Below, one piece after another: positions 9,182-18,419 of a stretch of 64,000 nt of DNA. The position numbers and the translations under genes are program-made. The DNA lies in NCBI GenBank assembly GCA_050122475.1, contig JASFIV010000002.1:129-64128 (forward strand). Direction: 5' to 3'. The notes under the pieces were generated by a model. It was given only the letters and a program-made list of their open reading frames with translations, was not told the origin of the DNA and searched no databases. Source of the stretch: Desulfobacterales bacterium. GTDB taxonomy: Bacteria; Desulfobacterota; Desulfobacteria; Desulfobacterales; JAHEIW01. Position 1 is the stretch's first letter; every line of letters starts with the position of its first letter.

Positions 9182-10171
9182 TTAATCGATGGCCCAGCGC
9201 AGCAATACACTGCCCCAGGTAAATCCGGCTCCAAAGGCCGCCAGAACGATCCAGTCCCCTTTCTGCAATTTATTCGCCCGATAGGTTTCAGACATCGCCA
9301 GGGGAATGGTAGCGGCAGTGGTATTACCGTATTTGTTGATATTAATCACGACTCGCTCGGGATCCAGTCCCATTTTTTTGGCGGCGGCATCAATAATTCG
9401 GTAATTGGCCTGATGGGGAATAAAAAACCGAATATCTTTATCACGCAAATTATTTCTTTCAACGATTCTTGCCGATACATCCGCCATGCCGACAACAGCA
9501 TGCTTGAACACCGTTTTGCCGTCCTGGTAGATATAATGCATTTTTTTGTCGATCGTTTCCTGTGAGGCTGGGTGGAGACTGCCGCCTCCGGCAATCATCA
9601 GAGATTCGGCTCCAGCGCCATCCAGATGCAGGATAAAGTCCTCGATCCCCAGATCGTCGTTCTCACATTGTTCCAAAAGTACCGCACCGGCTGCGTCTCC
9701 GAACAGCACACAGGTTGTTCGATCTTCGTAATTGGTAATCGCACTCATTTTATCAGCACCGATTACCAACACTTTTTTGTGTCGGCCACTTTCAATGAAT
9801 TGGGCACCGGTCGTCAAGGCACACATGAACCCCGTACAGCCACCATTGATATCAAACCCCCAGCTATTACGGGCTCCCAGATTTCGCTGAACAAATGAAG
9901 CCGCTGAGGGAACCGGCATATCCGGTGTTACCGTGGCCATTAAAATCAAATCCAGTTCTTCGGGGGAGGTGCTGGTTTCTTCAAGGACAACCTCTGCGGC
10001 TTTGGTGGCCATCAAGGAAGTGCCCTTTTCCTTATCCAGTATCCGGCGTTCTTTTATTCCCGTGCGGGTGGTAATCCATTCATCATCGGTGTCGACCATT
10101 TTTTCCAAATCACTATTTGATAGTATTTTGTCCGGTACGTAGTGCCCGACCCCGGAGATGATTGCGCGCAT
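9182..10171 (-). CDS. fabH: 3-oxoacyl-ACP synthase III
   Basis: 329 aa with KAS III catalytic-triad contexts GGCTGFMCAL (Cys), IPHQANYRII (His) and KYGNTTAATIP (Asn). Confidence 0.92.
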   Translation of the reverse strand: MRAIISGVGHYVPDKILSNSDLEKMVDTDDEWITTRTGIKERRILDKEKGTSLMATKAAEVVLEETSTSPEELDLILMATVTPDMPVPSAASFVQRNLGARNSWGFDINGGCTGFMCALTTGAQFIESGRHKKVLVIGADKMSAITNYEDRTTCVLFGDAAGAVLLEQCENDDLGIEDFILHLDGAGAESLMIAGGGSLHPASQETIDKKMHYIYQDGKTVFKHAVVGMADVSARIVERNNLRDKDIRFFIPHQANYRIIDAAAKKMGLDPERVVININKYGNTTAATIPLAMSETYRANKLQKGDWIVLAAFGAGFTWGSVLLRWAID

Positions 10172-10480
10172 TCATAGCCTCCTTTAAGCTCGGTCCGAAC
10201 GTGGCTGCATCAGCACAAATTTTATCACGGATGACAACCGGGCTTGCAATACAATTCGGACAGGTTTTTTGATTGGGTTTTCCAAACCGGGTGCTTCGCA
10301 CCCGGTTTCACCCGCAACGACTGAGCCACTTCGCGCCCCTGTATTTTCCCGCCTACAGGCGGTAAAATCCAAGCCACCCGCTGAGCGGGTGGTCGTTGAC
10401 TTCACATAATTAGCACACGTAACAAAAAAAATAAACCGGTGAAAATGATCTGTGCCCAGGCTTAAGATTACGGTTCAGGT

Positions 10481-10511
10481 AAAAATAAAACCGTTTCCAT
10501 GACGGAAACGG
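10481..10511 (-). terminator. Rho-independent terminator downstream of the IHF-like gene
   Basis: On the minus strand: CCGTTTCCGTCATGGAAACGG followed by TTTTATTTTT. Confidence 0.75.
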
Positions 10512-10599
10512 ATTTGGTGGCTGTCTTGAAGGTGTGTACGGGCAGGTTAAACATTACCCTTTAAAATTGGGTCCTTTTGGAGATCTGCATGCCGAAGCG

Positions 10600-10884
10600 T
10601 TAGAAACTTCCGTTAATTTTTTTCCTCAGCTTTCCCGAGCATTTAAATGTGACGACGCGTCGCTCTCTAAGGATCAGGTCTTCGCCGGTTGCAGGATTAC
10701 GGCCGCGGCGTTTGTTTTTGTCTTTGACACAGAATTTACCGAAACCGGAAATCAATACATCTTCTTTTTTTTCCAATGAGCTTTTGATAATTTCAAGCAG
10801 GGTTTCGATGATATCGACTGATTTTTTCTTTGTAAAACCAAGCTCATGAACTGCGGCAACAATATCGCTTTTGGTTAATGCCAT
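10600..10884 (-). CDS. ihfA: Integration host factor alpha-like DNA-bending protein (HU/IHF family)
   Basis: 94 aa. MALTK start, GFGKF and RRGRNPATGEDL...RRVVTF match the HU/IHF fold and are closest to the IhfA pattern. Confidence 0.85.
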   Translation of the reverse strand: MALTKSDIVAAVHELGFTKKKSVDIIETLLEIIKSSLEKKEDVLISGFGKFCVKDKNKRRGRNPATGEDLILRERRVVTFKCSGKLRKKINGSF

Positions 10885-10978
10885 AGAAGCCTCCTAATGA
10901 TATCCTGTTCCTTTTGCCTTATATTTTAACCGCGCCGTCATCCCATGCGTTCGGATTGCGGCGTCCGAGTTCTCCCTT

Positions 10979-11200
10979 CTATTCATTTTGAACACGGCTT
11001 GTATTTGGTGAATCCCGATTTTCACCCTGATCATCGGCCGGATCCGGCTCTTCCTTTGGCGTTACGGCATCAATCTTTTTCATAATGTCCTTTACGCCTT
11101 TCATAATCCCATCTATCTCAGCTTTAATCTGCGCTTCATCAATGTCGTTCATCCAGAAATCTCCGCTCATCGGTTCAGACAAATTTTTGTTGAATGTCAA
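10979..11200 (-). CDS. Small acidic hypothetical protein
   Basis: 73-aa ORF upstream of ihfA on the same strand. No recognisable motif, and the start is uncertain (an internal MSGDFW is possible). Confidence 0.3.
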   Translation of the reverse strand: MTFNKNLSEPMSGDFWMNDIDEAQIKAEIDGIMKGVKDIMKKIDAVTPKEEPDPADDQGENRDSPNTSRVQNE

Positions 11201-11680
11201 GCTGTTTTTATTTGGTGATTTTGATTTTTTCAGCTATCATACTATTTTGGCGTGTTTTAAATGCCTTGTATATGAAAGCCTGCGACCCGCCCTGTTGAAT
11301 GCCGCTTCGCGGCCCCGCAGGGGATTCAATAGGGCTCTTGTAAAATTCAATTAACAGCTTATACGGACCGAAATCATATGTCAAGATTCGAATTAATAAA
11401 ATAATGATCGTTCAAAAACTAATGCAAGTGCAGTATTCCTGCAAATTCTGAATTAAATTCAATTTTTTTAAGATCATTTCAGCCAATGCATTGATTTATT
11501 AGGGTTTCGAAATTATTGGCTTTATAAGGGTTGTGCACCAAGGTTACGCTATGCAAATGATTTTTTCCACGACCACTAATAGTACCGTTCTGTGATCGGG
11601 TAACACGATTATCGCTAGCGGTTTTTACTTTGACTTTAAATGTCCGCCATAAGCATGAACAACTCAGTGGTCTTGTCATA

Positions 11681-11713
11681 ATAAAAGGGTTCCCGTAGAT
11701 TAGTCGGGAACCC
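11681..11713 (-). terminator. Rho-independent terminator downstream of tRNA-Thr
   Basis: Minus strand: GGGTTCCCG, a 9-nt loop, CGGGAACCC, then TTTTAT. Confidence 0.7.
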
Positions 11714-11725
11714 CGGTCTATCTCA

Positions 11726-11801
11726 TGGAGCCACCGTGCGGAGTTGAACCGCAGACCTGAGCATTACGAATGCCCTGCTCTACCAGCTGAGCTACGGTGG
11801 C
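11726..11801 (-). tRNA. tRNA-Thr (anticodon CGT)
   Basis: The reverse complement reads GCCACCG-TA-GCTCAGCTGGTAGAGC-A-GGGCA-TTCGTAA-TGCTC-AGGTC-TGCGGTTCAACTCCGCA-CGGTGGC-T-CCA. The cloverleaf folds by hand, with a 7-nt anticodon loop carrying CGT and an encoded CCA. Confidence 0.92.
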
Positions 11802-11924
11802 CCAGACGCTGTTATGGTTTATAAACAGCAGGCTTAAGATATTGATTGTTTTTTAATTTTTCAGTCGATGCCCTGCGCTCAGGACGCCCGCCCCGCGGGA
11901 GTTCGTTGACTCATTACTGTTTTT

Positions 11925-14900
11925 ATGGTTCAAAATCAAGTAATAAATTCACTTGAAGCGCTCGGAGAGCAGATTCCACGCCGGGCCGGCCAAATTGAAT
12001 GTTTTGGCCTGAATGGTTCCGACAGGGCACTGCTAATTGCAAGATTATACGAGCAGCTTCATATCCCAATTTTTGTAGTGGCGCCTTCAGCCAAGGCGGC
12101 GGAAGCGCTATTAACGGATCTGCGCTTTTTCAAACGCACCCATGATGCGCCTCTTTTTTTGTTTCCTTCCTACAACATATTACCATTTAAATTAATGGCA
12201 TACCACAATGAGACAGCTGCACGGCGAATTCGAGCCCTTTATCATTTGCTGGAATCGCCAACAGCTCCGATTATCGTCACAGCTGCTGAGACGCTGCTGC
12301 AAAAGGTGGTTCCCAAACAAGAAATCATTAACTATGCTGAATTGTTGATGGCCGGTGAAGAAATTGACCGGGATCGTCTTATCGAAAAGCTCATTGCTGG
12401 TGGGTATACTCATGCGGCCATTGTTGAAGAACCAGGAGACTTCAGTGTACGCGGCGGAATTCTCGATATCTATTGCCCGCTTTATCCGGATCCAATGCGA
12501 ATCGAGTTTTTTGGAGATGTTGCCGAGTCCATCCGGTTTTTCTCTGCGGCCAGCCAGCGCACCATTGAATCCATGTCTGAAGCTGTCATTCTTCCGGCCC
12601 GGGAGATGATTCTGTACAAAGCCCTCCTGCCGCAAATGATCAACCGCATTCGATCCCGGGCGGCAGAACTTGAAATCCCGCTGACCGAAATTAGAACCAT
12701 TGTCGATTCGATCAAAGATGGGCATCGATTTGCAGGATTAGAAAACCTGATTTCATTGGTTTATCCGGAACTGGACACCGTTTTTGATTTTTTACCGGAC
12801 GATGCACTTGTGATATCCATCTCAAATGAAGATCTAACCGAAGCAGTTAAAGCACAGGAAAATCATATTGCTAAGAATTATGAAACCGCGTATCTCGCAA
12901 AAAACCTGTGCGTAGAACCGGCAAGTTTGTATCTGAGCGGATCTCAAATCCGAACCTTGATCTCACAACATAAACCGCTTGTTTTTAAAATGCTGGAGGT
13001 TCACACGGGCCACCTGCAGAATGATGCGGGTGATCTGCGTTTTAAAGCAGTTGTCGAGGACAACAGCGACATTAGTCTACAGCTGAAAAACTATCAGGAA
13101 AAAGAAAATCTTCTTAAACCGTTGGCTGACTGGTTAGACGCCAATCGCCGAAATGAACTGACACTGGTTCTAGTGTGCCGGACGGATACCCAGGCGCAAA
13201 GACTAAAATCGCTGCTGATCCCTTATGGTTTTCAATTTAAAACAGCCCATTCATTTGAGAATGTGAAGATTGAGCCGGGCACTTTATGGCTGTGCTTGGG
13301 ACAAGTCTCTGCGGGATTTGTTTGGCCGGCTGAATCATTGGCCGTTATCACGGAAGCGGAAATTTTTGGTTTAAGAACCCACCGTAAAAAACCGCTGCGC
13401 CCCAGGCGCCCCTCTGAATTACTTGATCTACAGGATTTAAAAAAAGGTGATCTGGTTGTTCACGTTGAGCATGGTATCGGACGCTATGCGGGCCTGGTCA
13501 AGTTGCAAATTGATGGACTCGCCAATGATTTTCTGGAATTGGTTTACAAGGATGGAGACAAACTATATCTGCCGGTTGACCGCATGAGCAGTGTTCAGCA
13601 GTACATGGGGGTGGAGGGTGTTGAACCGGTCATTGATAAAATGGGCGGCAATTCCTGGAAGCGGATTAAAGCTCGGGTTAAACGCTCTGCGGAAAAAATT
13701 GCGGGTGAGCTTCTTAAATTGTACGCAACCCGAAAAATAAGGAAGGGGTATGCGTTCAGTTCGGTTGATAATTATTTTCGCGATTTTGAAGCCGGCTTTG
13801 AATATGAGGAGACGGCCGATCAGGTCAACGCCATTGAGAGCGTACTCGAAGATATGTATCGGTCAACGCCGATGGATCGGCTGGTCTGCGGGGATGTCGG
13901 ATATGGAAAAACAGAAGTGGCTCTGCGGGCATCCTTTTTAGCAACCTATAACAGTAAACAGGTTGCAGTACTGGTACCAACAACCATACTGGCCGAACAG
14001 CATTATGCCACCTTTTACAAACGGTTTGAGCGCTATCCGATCAATATCGCCTGCCTGAGCCGATTTCGGCCTGTGAGTGTACAAAAGCAGATATTAACCG
14101 ATTTAAAAGTCGGCAAACTGGACATTGTGATCGGCACGCATCGATTGCTGCAAAAAGATATCGCTTTTAAAGATCTGGGCTTGCTTGTTCTGGATGAGGA
14201 GCAACGTTTTGGTGTGCGCCACAAGGAAAAACTGAAAAGATTAAAGCACAATGTTGACGTGCTGGCGCTCACGGCCACTCCAATTCCGCGAACCTTGCAT
14301 ATGTCGCTGATGGGTATCCGCGATATCAGTGTCATTTCGACACCGCCTGAATTTCGACAATCTATCATCACTACTGTCTCTGAATTTGATGAAGAACTCA
14401 TCAAAGAGGCAATTCGAAGAGAACTACAGCGCAATGGCCAGATTTTCTTTGTCCACAATAATATACAAAACATCGATAAAATGGCGCGCAAACTGCAACA
14501 ACTGGTGCCGAAGGCCAGATTGGATATTGCGCATGGTCGTATGAGTGAAAATGAGCTTGAGCAGGTCATGTATCGATTTTTTAACAAAGAATTTGATTTG
14601 CTGGTTTGCACGACAATCATTGAGTCCGGCCTTGATGTATCCTCAGCCAACACCATCATCGTCAATCGGGCCGATCGTTTCGGGCTAGCGCAAATTTATC
14701 AGTTGCGCGGTCGCGTTGGCCGCTCAGATGAGCAGGCCTACGCGGTTTTGGTTATCCCACCCGAAAGCATACTGACCTCAGATGCCCGCAAGCGGCTCAA
14801 GGTCCTGATGGAACACAGCGACTTGGGTTCTGGTTTTCAAATTGCGATGAACGATCTGAAAATTCGCGGCGGCGGCACCATACTTGGCGCTTCTCAATCC

Positions 14901-15440
14901 GGCCATATCGCCGCCGTGGGTTACGATATGTTTTTAAAGTTGATGGAAAATGCCATTGCCGAATTAAAAGGCCAGACGCCCATCGAGCCACTGGATCCCG
15001 AGATCAATTTTAACTTGTCCGCCTTTTTATCTGAATCTTATATACCGGATATCGACCAACGAATGGCGGCTTACCGCCGTCTGGCCCGATTGAGCAAACT
15101 GCAGGAGTTAGCAGATTTTAAAGATGAATTGATCGATCGTTACGGGAAATTGCCGGTGGAAGCCAATAATCTTTTATTTAAGATCGTTTTGAAAATTCTT
15201 TCAAAAAAGGCCGCAGTTGCCAAACTGGATCTGTCACAGCACCAAATGCATCTTCAATTTTCGCCAGTGCACTTGAAAAATACCCAGGGGCTGGTGGAAT
15301 TGATCCAATCGGCGCCCCGTCGCTATGAACTGTCGCCGGCTCAAGTTTTAAAAGTAAAATTAACGAATGATCCAGGCACTAGTTATACAAAGCGTGTCAA
15401 AAATATATTGAAAGAAATAGTACGGCGTGTTAAAAATTAA
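11925..15440 (+). CDS. mfd: Transcription-repair coupling factor
   Basis: 1171 aa with a UvrB-homology N-terminus, helicase Walker A GDVGYGKTEVAL, DEEQ box (VLDEEQRFG) and a C-terminal TRCF-type region. Confidence 0.96.
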   Translation: MVQNQVINSLEALGEQIPRRAGQIECFGLNGSDRALLIARLYEQLHIPIFVVAPSAKAAEALLTDLRFFKRTHDAPLFLFPSYNILPFKLMAYHNETAARRIRALYHLLESPTAPIIVTAAETLLQKVVPKQEIINYAELLMAGEEIDRDRLIEKLIAGGYTHAAIVEEPGDFSVRGGILDIYCPLYPDPMRIEFFGDVAESIRFFSAASQRTIESMSEAVILPAREMILYKALLPQMINRIRSRAAELEIPLTEIRTIVDSIKDGHRFAGLENLISLVYPELDTVFDFLPDDALVISISNEDLTEAVKAQENHIAKNYETAYLAKNLCVEPASLYLSGSQIRTLISQHKPLVFKMLEVHTGHLQNDAGDLRFKAVVEDNSDISLQLKNYQEKENLLKPLADWLDANRRNELTLVLVCRTDTQAQRLKSLLIPYGFQFKTAHSFENVKIEPGTLWLCLGQVSAGFVWPAESLAVITEAEIFGLRTHRKKPLRPRRPSELLDLQDLKKGDLVVHVEHGIGRYAGLVKLQIDGLANDFLELVYKDGDKLYLPVDRMSSVQQYMGVEGVEPVIDKMGGNSWKRIKARVKRSAEKIAGELLKLYATRKIRKGYAFSSVDNYFRDFEAGFEYEETADQVNAIESVLEDMYRSTPMDRLVCGDVGYGKTEVALRASFLATYNSKQVAVLVPTTILAEQHYATFYKRFERYPINIACLSRFRPVSVQKQILTDLKVGKLDIVIGTHRLLQKDIAFKDLGLLVLDEEQRFGVRHKEKLKRLKHNVDVLALTATPIPRTLHMSLMGIRDISVISTPPEFRQSIITTVSEFDEELIKEAIRRELQRNGQIFFVHNNIQNIDKMARKLQQLVPKARLDIAHGRMSENELEQVMYRFFNKEFDLLVCTTIIESGLDVSSANTIIVNRADRFGLAQIYQLRGRVGRSDEQAYAVLVIPPESILTSDARKRLKVLMEHSDLGSGFQIAMNDLKIRGGGTILGASQSGHIAAVGYDMFLKLMENAIAELKGQTPIEPLDPEINFNLSAFLSESYIPDIDQRMAAYRRLARLSKLQELADFKDELIDRYGKLPVEANNLLFKIVLKILSKKAAVAKLDLSQHQMHLQFSPVHLKNTQGLVELIQSAPRRYELSPAQVLKVKLTNDPGTSYTKRVKNILKEIVRRVKN

Positions 15441-15449
15441 AGTTTAGAT

Positions 15450-15610
15450 AACCTATCCCCAAAATGCGTCTAACATGTTCTGGTTGAGCCCGTTAACCCG
15501 TTTGCCGGTTAATGGCTTTTTTCTTATTATAACAGACTCAGCTGGTTTAGCCGGTACAACAGGCAAGCCTAATCAGGTGAACGAATATTTTGGGTATAGG
15601 GGATACCTTT
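15450..15610. repeat. Family-2 terminal-inverted-repeat element (short copy) carrying the 30-mer shared with 9084-9113
   Basis: Left end CCTATCCCCAAAATGCGTCTAAC. The reverse complement of the right end reads GGTATCCCCTATACCCAAAATATTCG. Internal 15483-15512 is identical to 9084-9113. Confidence 0.6.
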
Positions 15611-15700
15611 AAGAACCGATAAAGTCAGGTGATTGCTGAATTTCCGATTGTTTTTTTCCTTATGAATGATTTATTGAAGGCCAAAAAGATTTTGCAGAAA

Positions 15701-16423
15701 ATGAGATTGCTGTCAGTGCTGTTGATTCTGGGAGCGCTGTCAAGCTGTATCAATTCAGGATCAAACTCCGGCAATGAACCCTTAATTCGTGTTCGTGATA
15801 GAGTGCTTACGGTGTTGGAGTTCAATGAGACATTTGAATTTATCCAATCGGCTCATCCTCAAAACTTGAAGGATCATCCCGAGGATTTAAGAAATGCTCA
15901 ACGACGCCTTTTAAACCAGCTGACTGTAGAGATGATTATCCTTGAAAGGGCTGAAGAGCTGGGACTTTCTATTTCGGATGAAGAGATCAATAAGGCTGTA
16001 AAAGACATAAAAAGCGATTATCCTGAAGATACATTCGAAAAAACGTTGCTCAAAACGGCTGTTTCATATGAACTATGGGAGGCCCGTTTAAAAAATAGAA
16101 TGCTGATGCAAAAAGTGGTCGATACCGAACTTAAAGATAAAATTGTTATCACACCTGAAGATATCGCTGACTACTATGAACGCAACATAAAAACGCGAGC
16201 TCTGGAATCCGAAACTGCAGGTTCAAAAGATGATATCAATGAAAGGATCATCAAATATCTGCGTCGTGAAAAGGCGGAGAAGGCATATAAAATTTGGATA
16301 AATAATCTTAAGAACAATTACAGCATTGAGATCGACAGTGCACAGTGGGAAAAAATTAGCGGTTCTCCTTATCGTGCTGATCAGAATCTGAATGATCTAG
16401 ATTTGACTCAAAAGCCTGAGTGA
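15701..16423 (+). CDS. SurA N-terminal-domain-like periplasmic chaperone lipoprotein
   Basis: ORF 15629-16423. A lipoprotein-type signal MRLLSVLLILGALSSC starts at ATG 15701, though the start could be 15629 or 15662. The remainder resembles the SurA_N chaperone domain and has no rotamase domain. Confidence 0.65.
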   Translation: MRLLSVLLILGALSSCINSGSNSGNEPLIRVRDRVLTVLEFNETFEFIQSAHPQNLKDHPEDLRNAQRRLLNQLTVEMIILERAEELGLSISDEEINKAVKDIKSDYPEDTFEKTLLKTAVSYELWEARLKNRMLMQKVVDTELKDKIVITPEDIADYYERNIKTRALESETAGSKDDINERIIKYLRREKAEKAYKIWINNLKNNYSIEIDSAQWEKISGSPYRADQNLNDLDLTQKPE

Positions 16424-16435
16424 CATATTTTTAAG

Positions 16436-16522
16436 CCCTATCTCAAAAAATGCATCTAAAACTCTTCCAAGGGCTGTGTTTCCACGATAAATGGGGATCA
16501 CACATCTATGGTTAAGATAGGC
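16436..16522. repeat. Family-2 terminal-inverted-repeat element (minimal copy)
   Basis: Left end CCTATCTCAAAAAATGCATCT. The reverse complement of the right end reads CCTATCTTAACCATAGAT. It starts 13 nt after the upstream stop codon. Confidence 0.55.
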
Positions 16523-16584
16523 GTTAAGTAAAACGGCAAAACAATCAAGAACAAATTGTTAATTTCGATTACGGCCTTAGATAA

Positions 16585-17589
16585 ATGAAACGGTTTCTAT
16601 CAAAATTGAATTTATATTTAAATCTTTTGTGCTTGCTGGCCCTGAATGGTAGTTTGCTGATAGGTGACGTGCAAGCAGATTCTCCCGTAGTCGTCGATCG
16701 CATTGTCGCAGTTGTCAATGATGAAATCATAACCCTCTATGATCTCAATAAGGAATTGAAACCGTATGAGGAAAATATCAAGGCGCTCGGATACGATGCC
16801 GATAAAACGCGTGAAACTCTTTTTAAACTGCGCAGTGATCTGCTCAACAAGCTTGTCGACAGAAAATTGACAGATCAGCAAATCAAGAAAAATAATATCA
16901 ATGTCAGCAGCCAAGAGATCGATAGGGCGATAGAGCGAATTAAAGAAACGCGTTCCTATACGGATGAAGATTTAAGAGCAGGATTGGCCAAACAGGGTTT
17001 AACTATAGAGGAGTACCGTGAAAGCTTAAAGCAACAATTGTTAAGAAGTAACTTGGTCAATCGCGAGATTAAATCAAAAATCGTCATTACCAATGAAGAA
17101 ATCGAAGAATACTACAATGCTCACCGGGAGAAATATGCCGGTAAAACAAAATACCACATCTGGAATATAGCAATCCGGTTTTCGCAGTTTGCCGATGACA
17201 CCGAAAAACAGATGGCTTATCAAAAAATGGAAAGTGTTCTAGCGCAATTAAAGCAAGGACGCTCGTTTGAATCCATTATTAGTGAAAATCTTAACGCTCC
17301 GGGGATGCCTCAAGGAGCGGATTTGGGATTATATCAACTGGACGAGCTGTCGGCTGAGTTACAGGGCGCTGTCAGATTTATGTCAGCTGGTGAATACAGT
17401 AACATTATAAGTTTTGGCAACGGATATCAAATTATCTTTGTCGAAGAACTCCTCTCGACTGATGCCAAGGCCATTGCTGACGTAAAAAGTGAGATTCAGG
17501 ATACTTTGTATAATGAAGCGATTAACAATCGCTACAATTCCTGGTTGACTGAGCTTCGTGAGCGATCGCATATCAAGATTATTCAATAG
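16585..17589 (+). CDS. surA: Peptidyl-prolyl cis-trans isomerase, SurA-type (SurA_N plus parvulin domain)
   Basis: 334 aa with a signal peptide, an N-terminal chaperone region (IVAVVNDEIITLYDL) and a C-terminal PpiC/parvulin-like region. Confidence 0.8.
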   Translation: MKRFLSKLNLYLNLLCLLALNGSLLIGDVQADSPVVVDRIVAVVNDEIITLYDLNKELKPYEENIKALGYDADKTRETLFKLRSDLLNKLVDRKLTDQQIKKNNINVSSQEIDRAIERIKETRSYTDEDLRAGLAKQGLTIEEYRESLKQQLLRSNLVNREIKSKIVITNEEIEEYYNAHREKYAGKTKYHIWNIAIRFSQFADDTEKQMAYQKMESVLAQLKQGRSFESIISENLNAPGMPQGADLGLYQLDELSAELQGAVRFMSAGEYSNIISFGNGYQIIFVEELLSTDAKAIADVKSEIQDTLYNEAINNRYNSWLTELRERSHIKIIQ

Positions 17590-17648
17590 CGGTCGCTGAC
17601 TTTCGAATGTTAAGGTGCAACCCGAAACATAAAACACGAAACGCAAAT

Positions 17649-18389
17649 ATGATGAAACATGAAAATGAATCTTTATCCTTTGGATATTATCTCCAGTCGA
17701 TAAGGCTCGAAAAAAATATAACCCTGGACACAATAGCTGAAGAAACCCGCATCGCGATGAGTAATTTGACGGCGATCGAAAAAGAAGATGTTGAATCACT
17801 TCCGGATCCGGTTTTTGTAAAGGGATTTTTGCGTTCATATGCACAGGCCATTGGTGCAGATGGGGATGAAGCCGTCAGACTTTACGAGGCTCGGCTCAAT
17901 ATGAAAAGCCGGATGGAGGACGTCCAAAGCTATTCGCCCAGATCAGCGGTTGCTCCCTGGCGCAACCTGATTCTGTCGATTGTCGCCGTTGCAGGTTTGA
18001 TCGCGTTGTCTTTATACGGCATTTCTTATTTTCAACATCACGACCTGCTGGATAAAACCGCTGCGCCTTCAAGTGCCGTCAAACTTCCCGCAGAAAAGCA
18101 TTCCGCAGATCGCAAACCATCAGATACGAATACAGATACGCCACCCGAAACATCTTCAAAATTGATGTTGCAAATTAGCGTCCTTGAAGACACATGGATA
18201 AAAATCATCGTAGACAATCAAGAACCCAAGGAGTACAATTTACGCTCCGGAGATCAGCTCGAAGAAGAAGCAACCAGGAGCTATAATCTGCTGATTGGCA
18301 ATGCTGCTGGGTTGGAATTGAAATTAAACGGCAAGCCCGTAAAAATTTCCGGTAAGGAAGGCGAAGTCGTCAACCTTAAGATTCCTTGA
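17649..18389 (+). CDS. rodZ: RodZ-like cytoskeleton protein (HTH domain, TM segment, C-terminal DUF4115-like domain)
   Basis: ORF 17607-18389. The Xre-type HTH begins just after M15 (FGYYLQSIRLEKNITLDTIAEETRI). There is a single TM (ILSIVAVAGLIALSLYGI) and a C-terminus of the form WIKIIVDN...YNLLIGNAAGLELKLNGKP. Confidence 0.75.
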   Translation: MMKHENESLSFGYYLQSIRLEKNITLDTIAEETRIAMSNLTAIEKEDVESLPDPVFVKGFLRSYAQAIGADGDEAVRLYEARLNMKSRMEDVQSYSPRSAVAPWRNLILSIVAVAGLIALSLYGISYFQHHDLLDKTAAPSSAVKLPAEKHSADRKPSDTNTDTPPETSSKLMLQISVLEDTWIKIIVDNQEPKEYNLRSGDQLEEEATRSYNLLIGNAAGLELKLNGKPVKISGKEGEVVNLKIP

Positions 18390-18419
18390 CACCTTTTTGG
18401 AAATACTATCGTCTGAAAA

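Noticed and set aside
10184-10405. 73-aa and 62-aa ORFs in the fabH upstream region.
   Set aside because: They are Arg/Gly/Ala-rich translations of GC-rich hairpin DNA, with no RBS and implausible sequence. The region is treated as noncoding.
11479-11679. 66-aa ORF downstream of tRNA-Thr on the minus strand.
   Set aside because: Its start codon lies only 2 nt downstream of the T-tract of the tRNA terminator, leaving no room for an RBS. There is no family resemblance; it was checked by eye against L28/L31/L33-type small ribosomal proteins.
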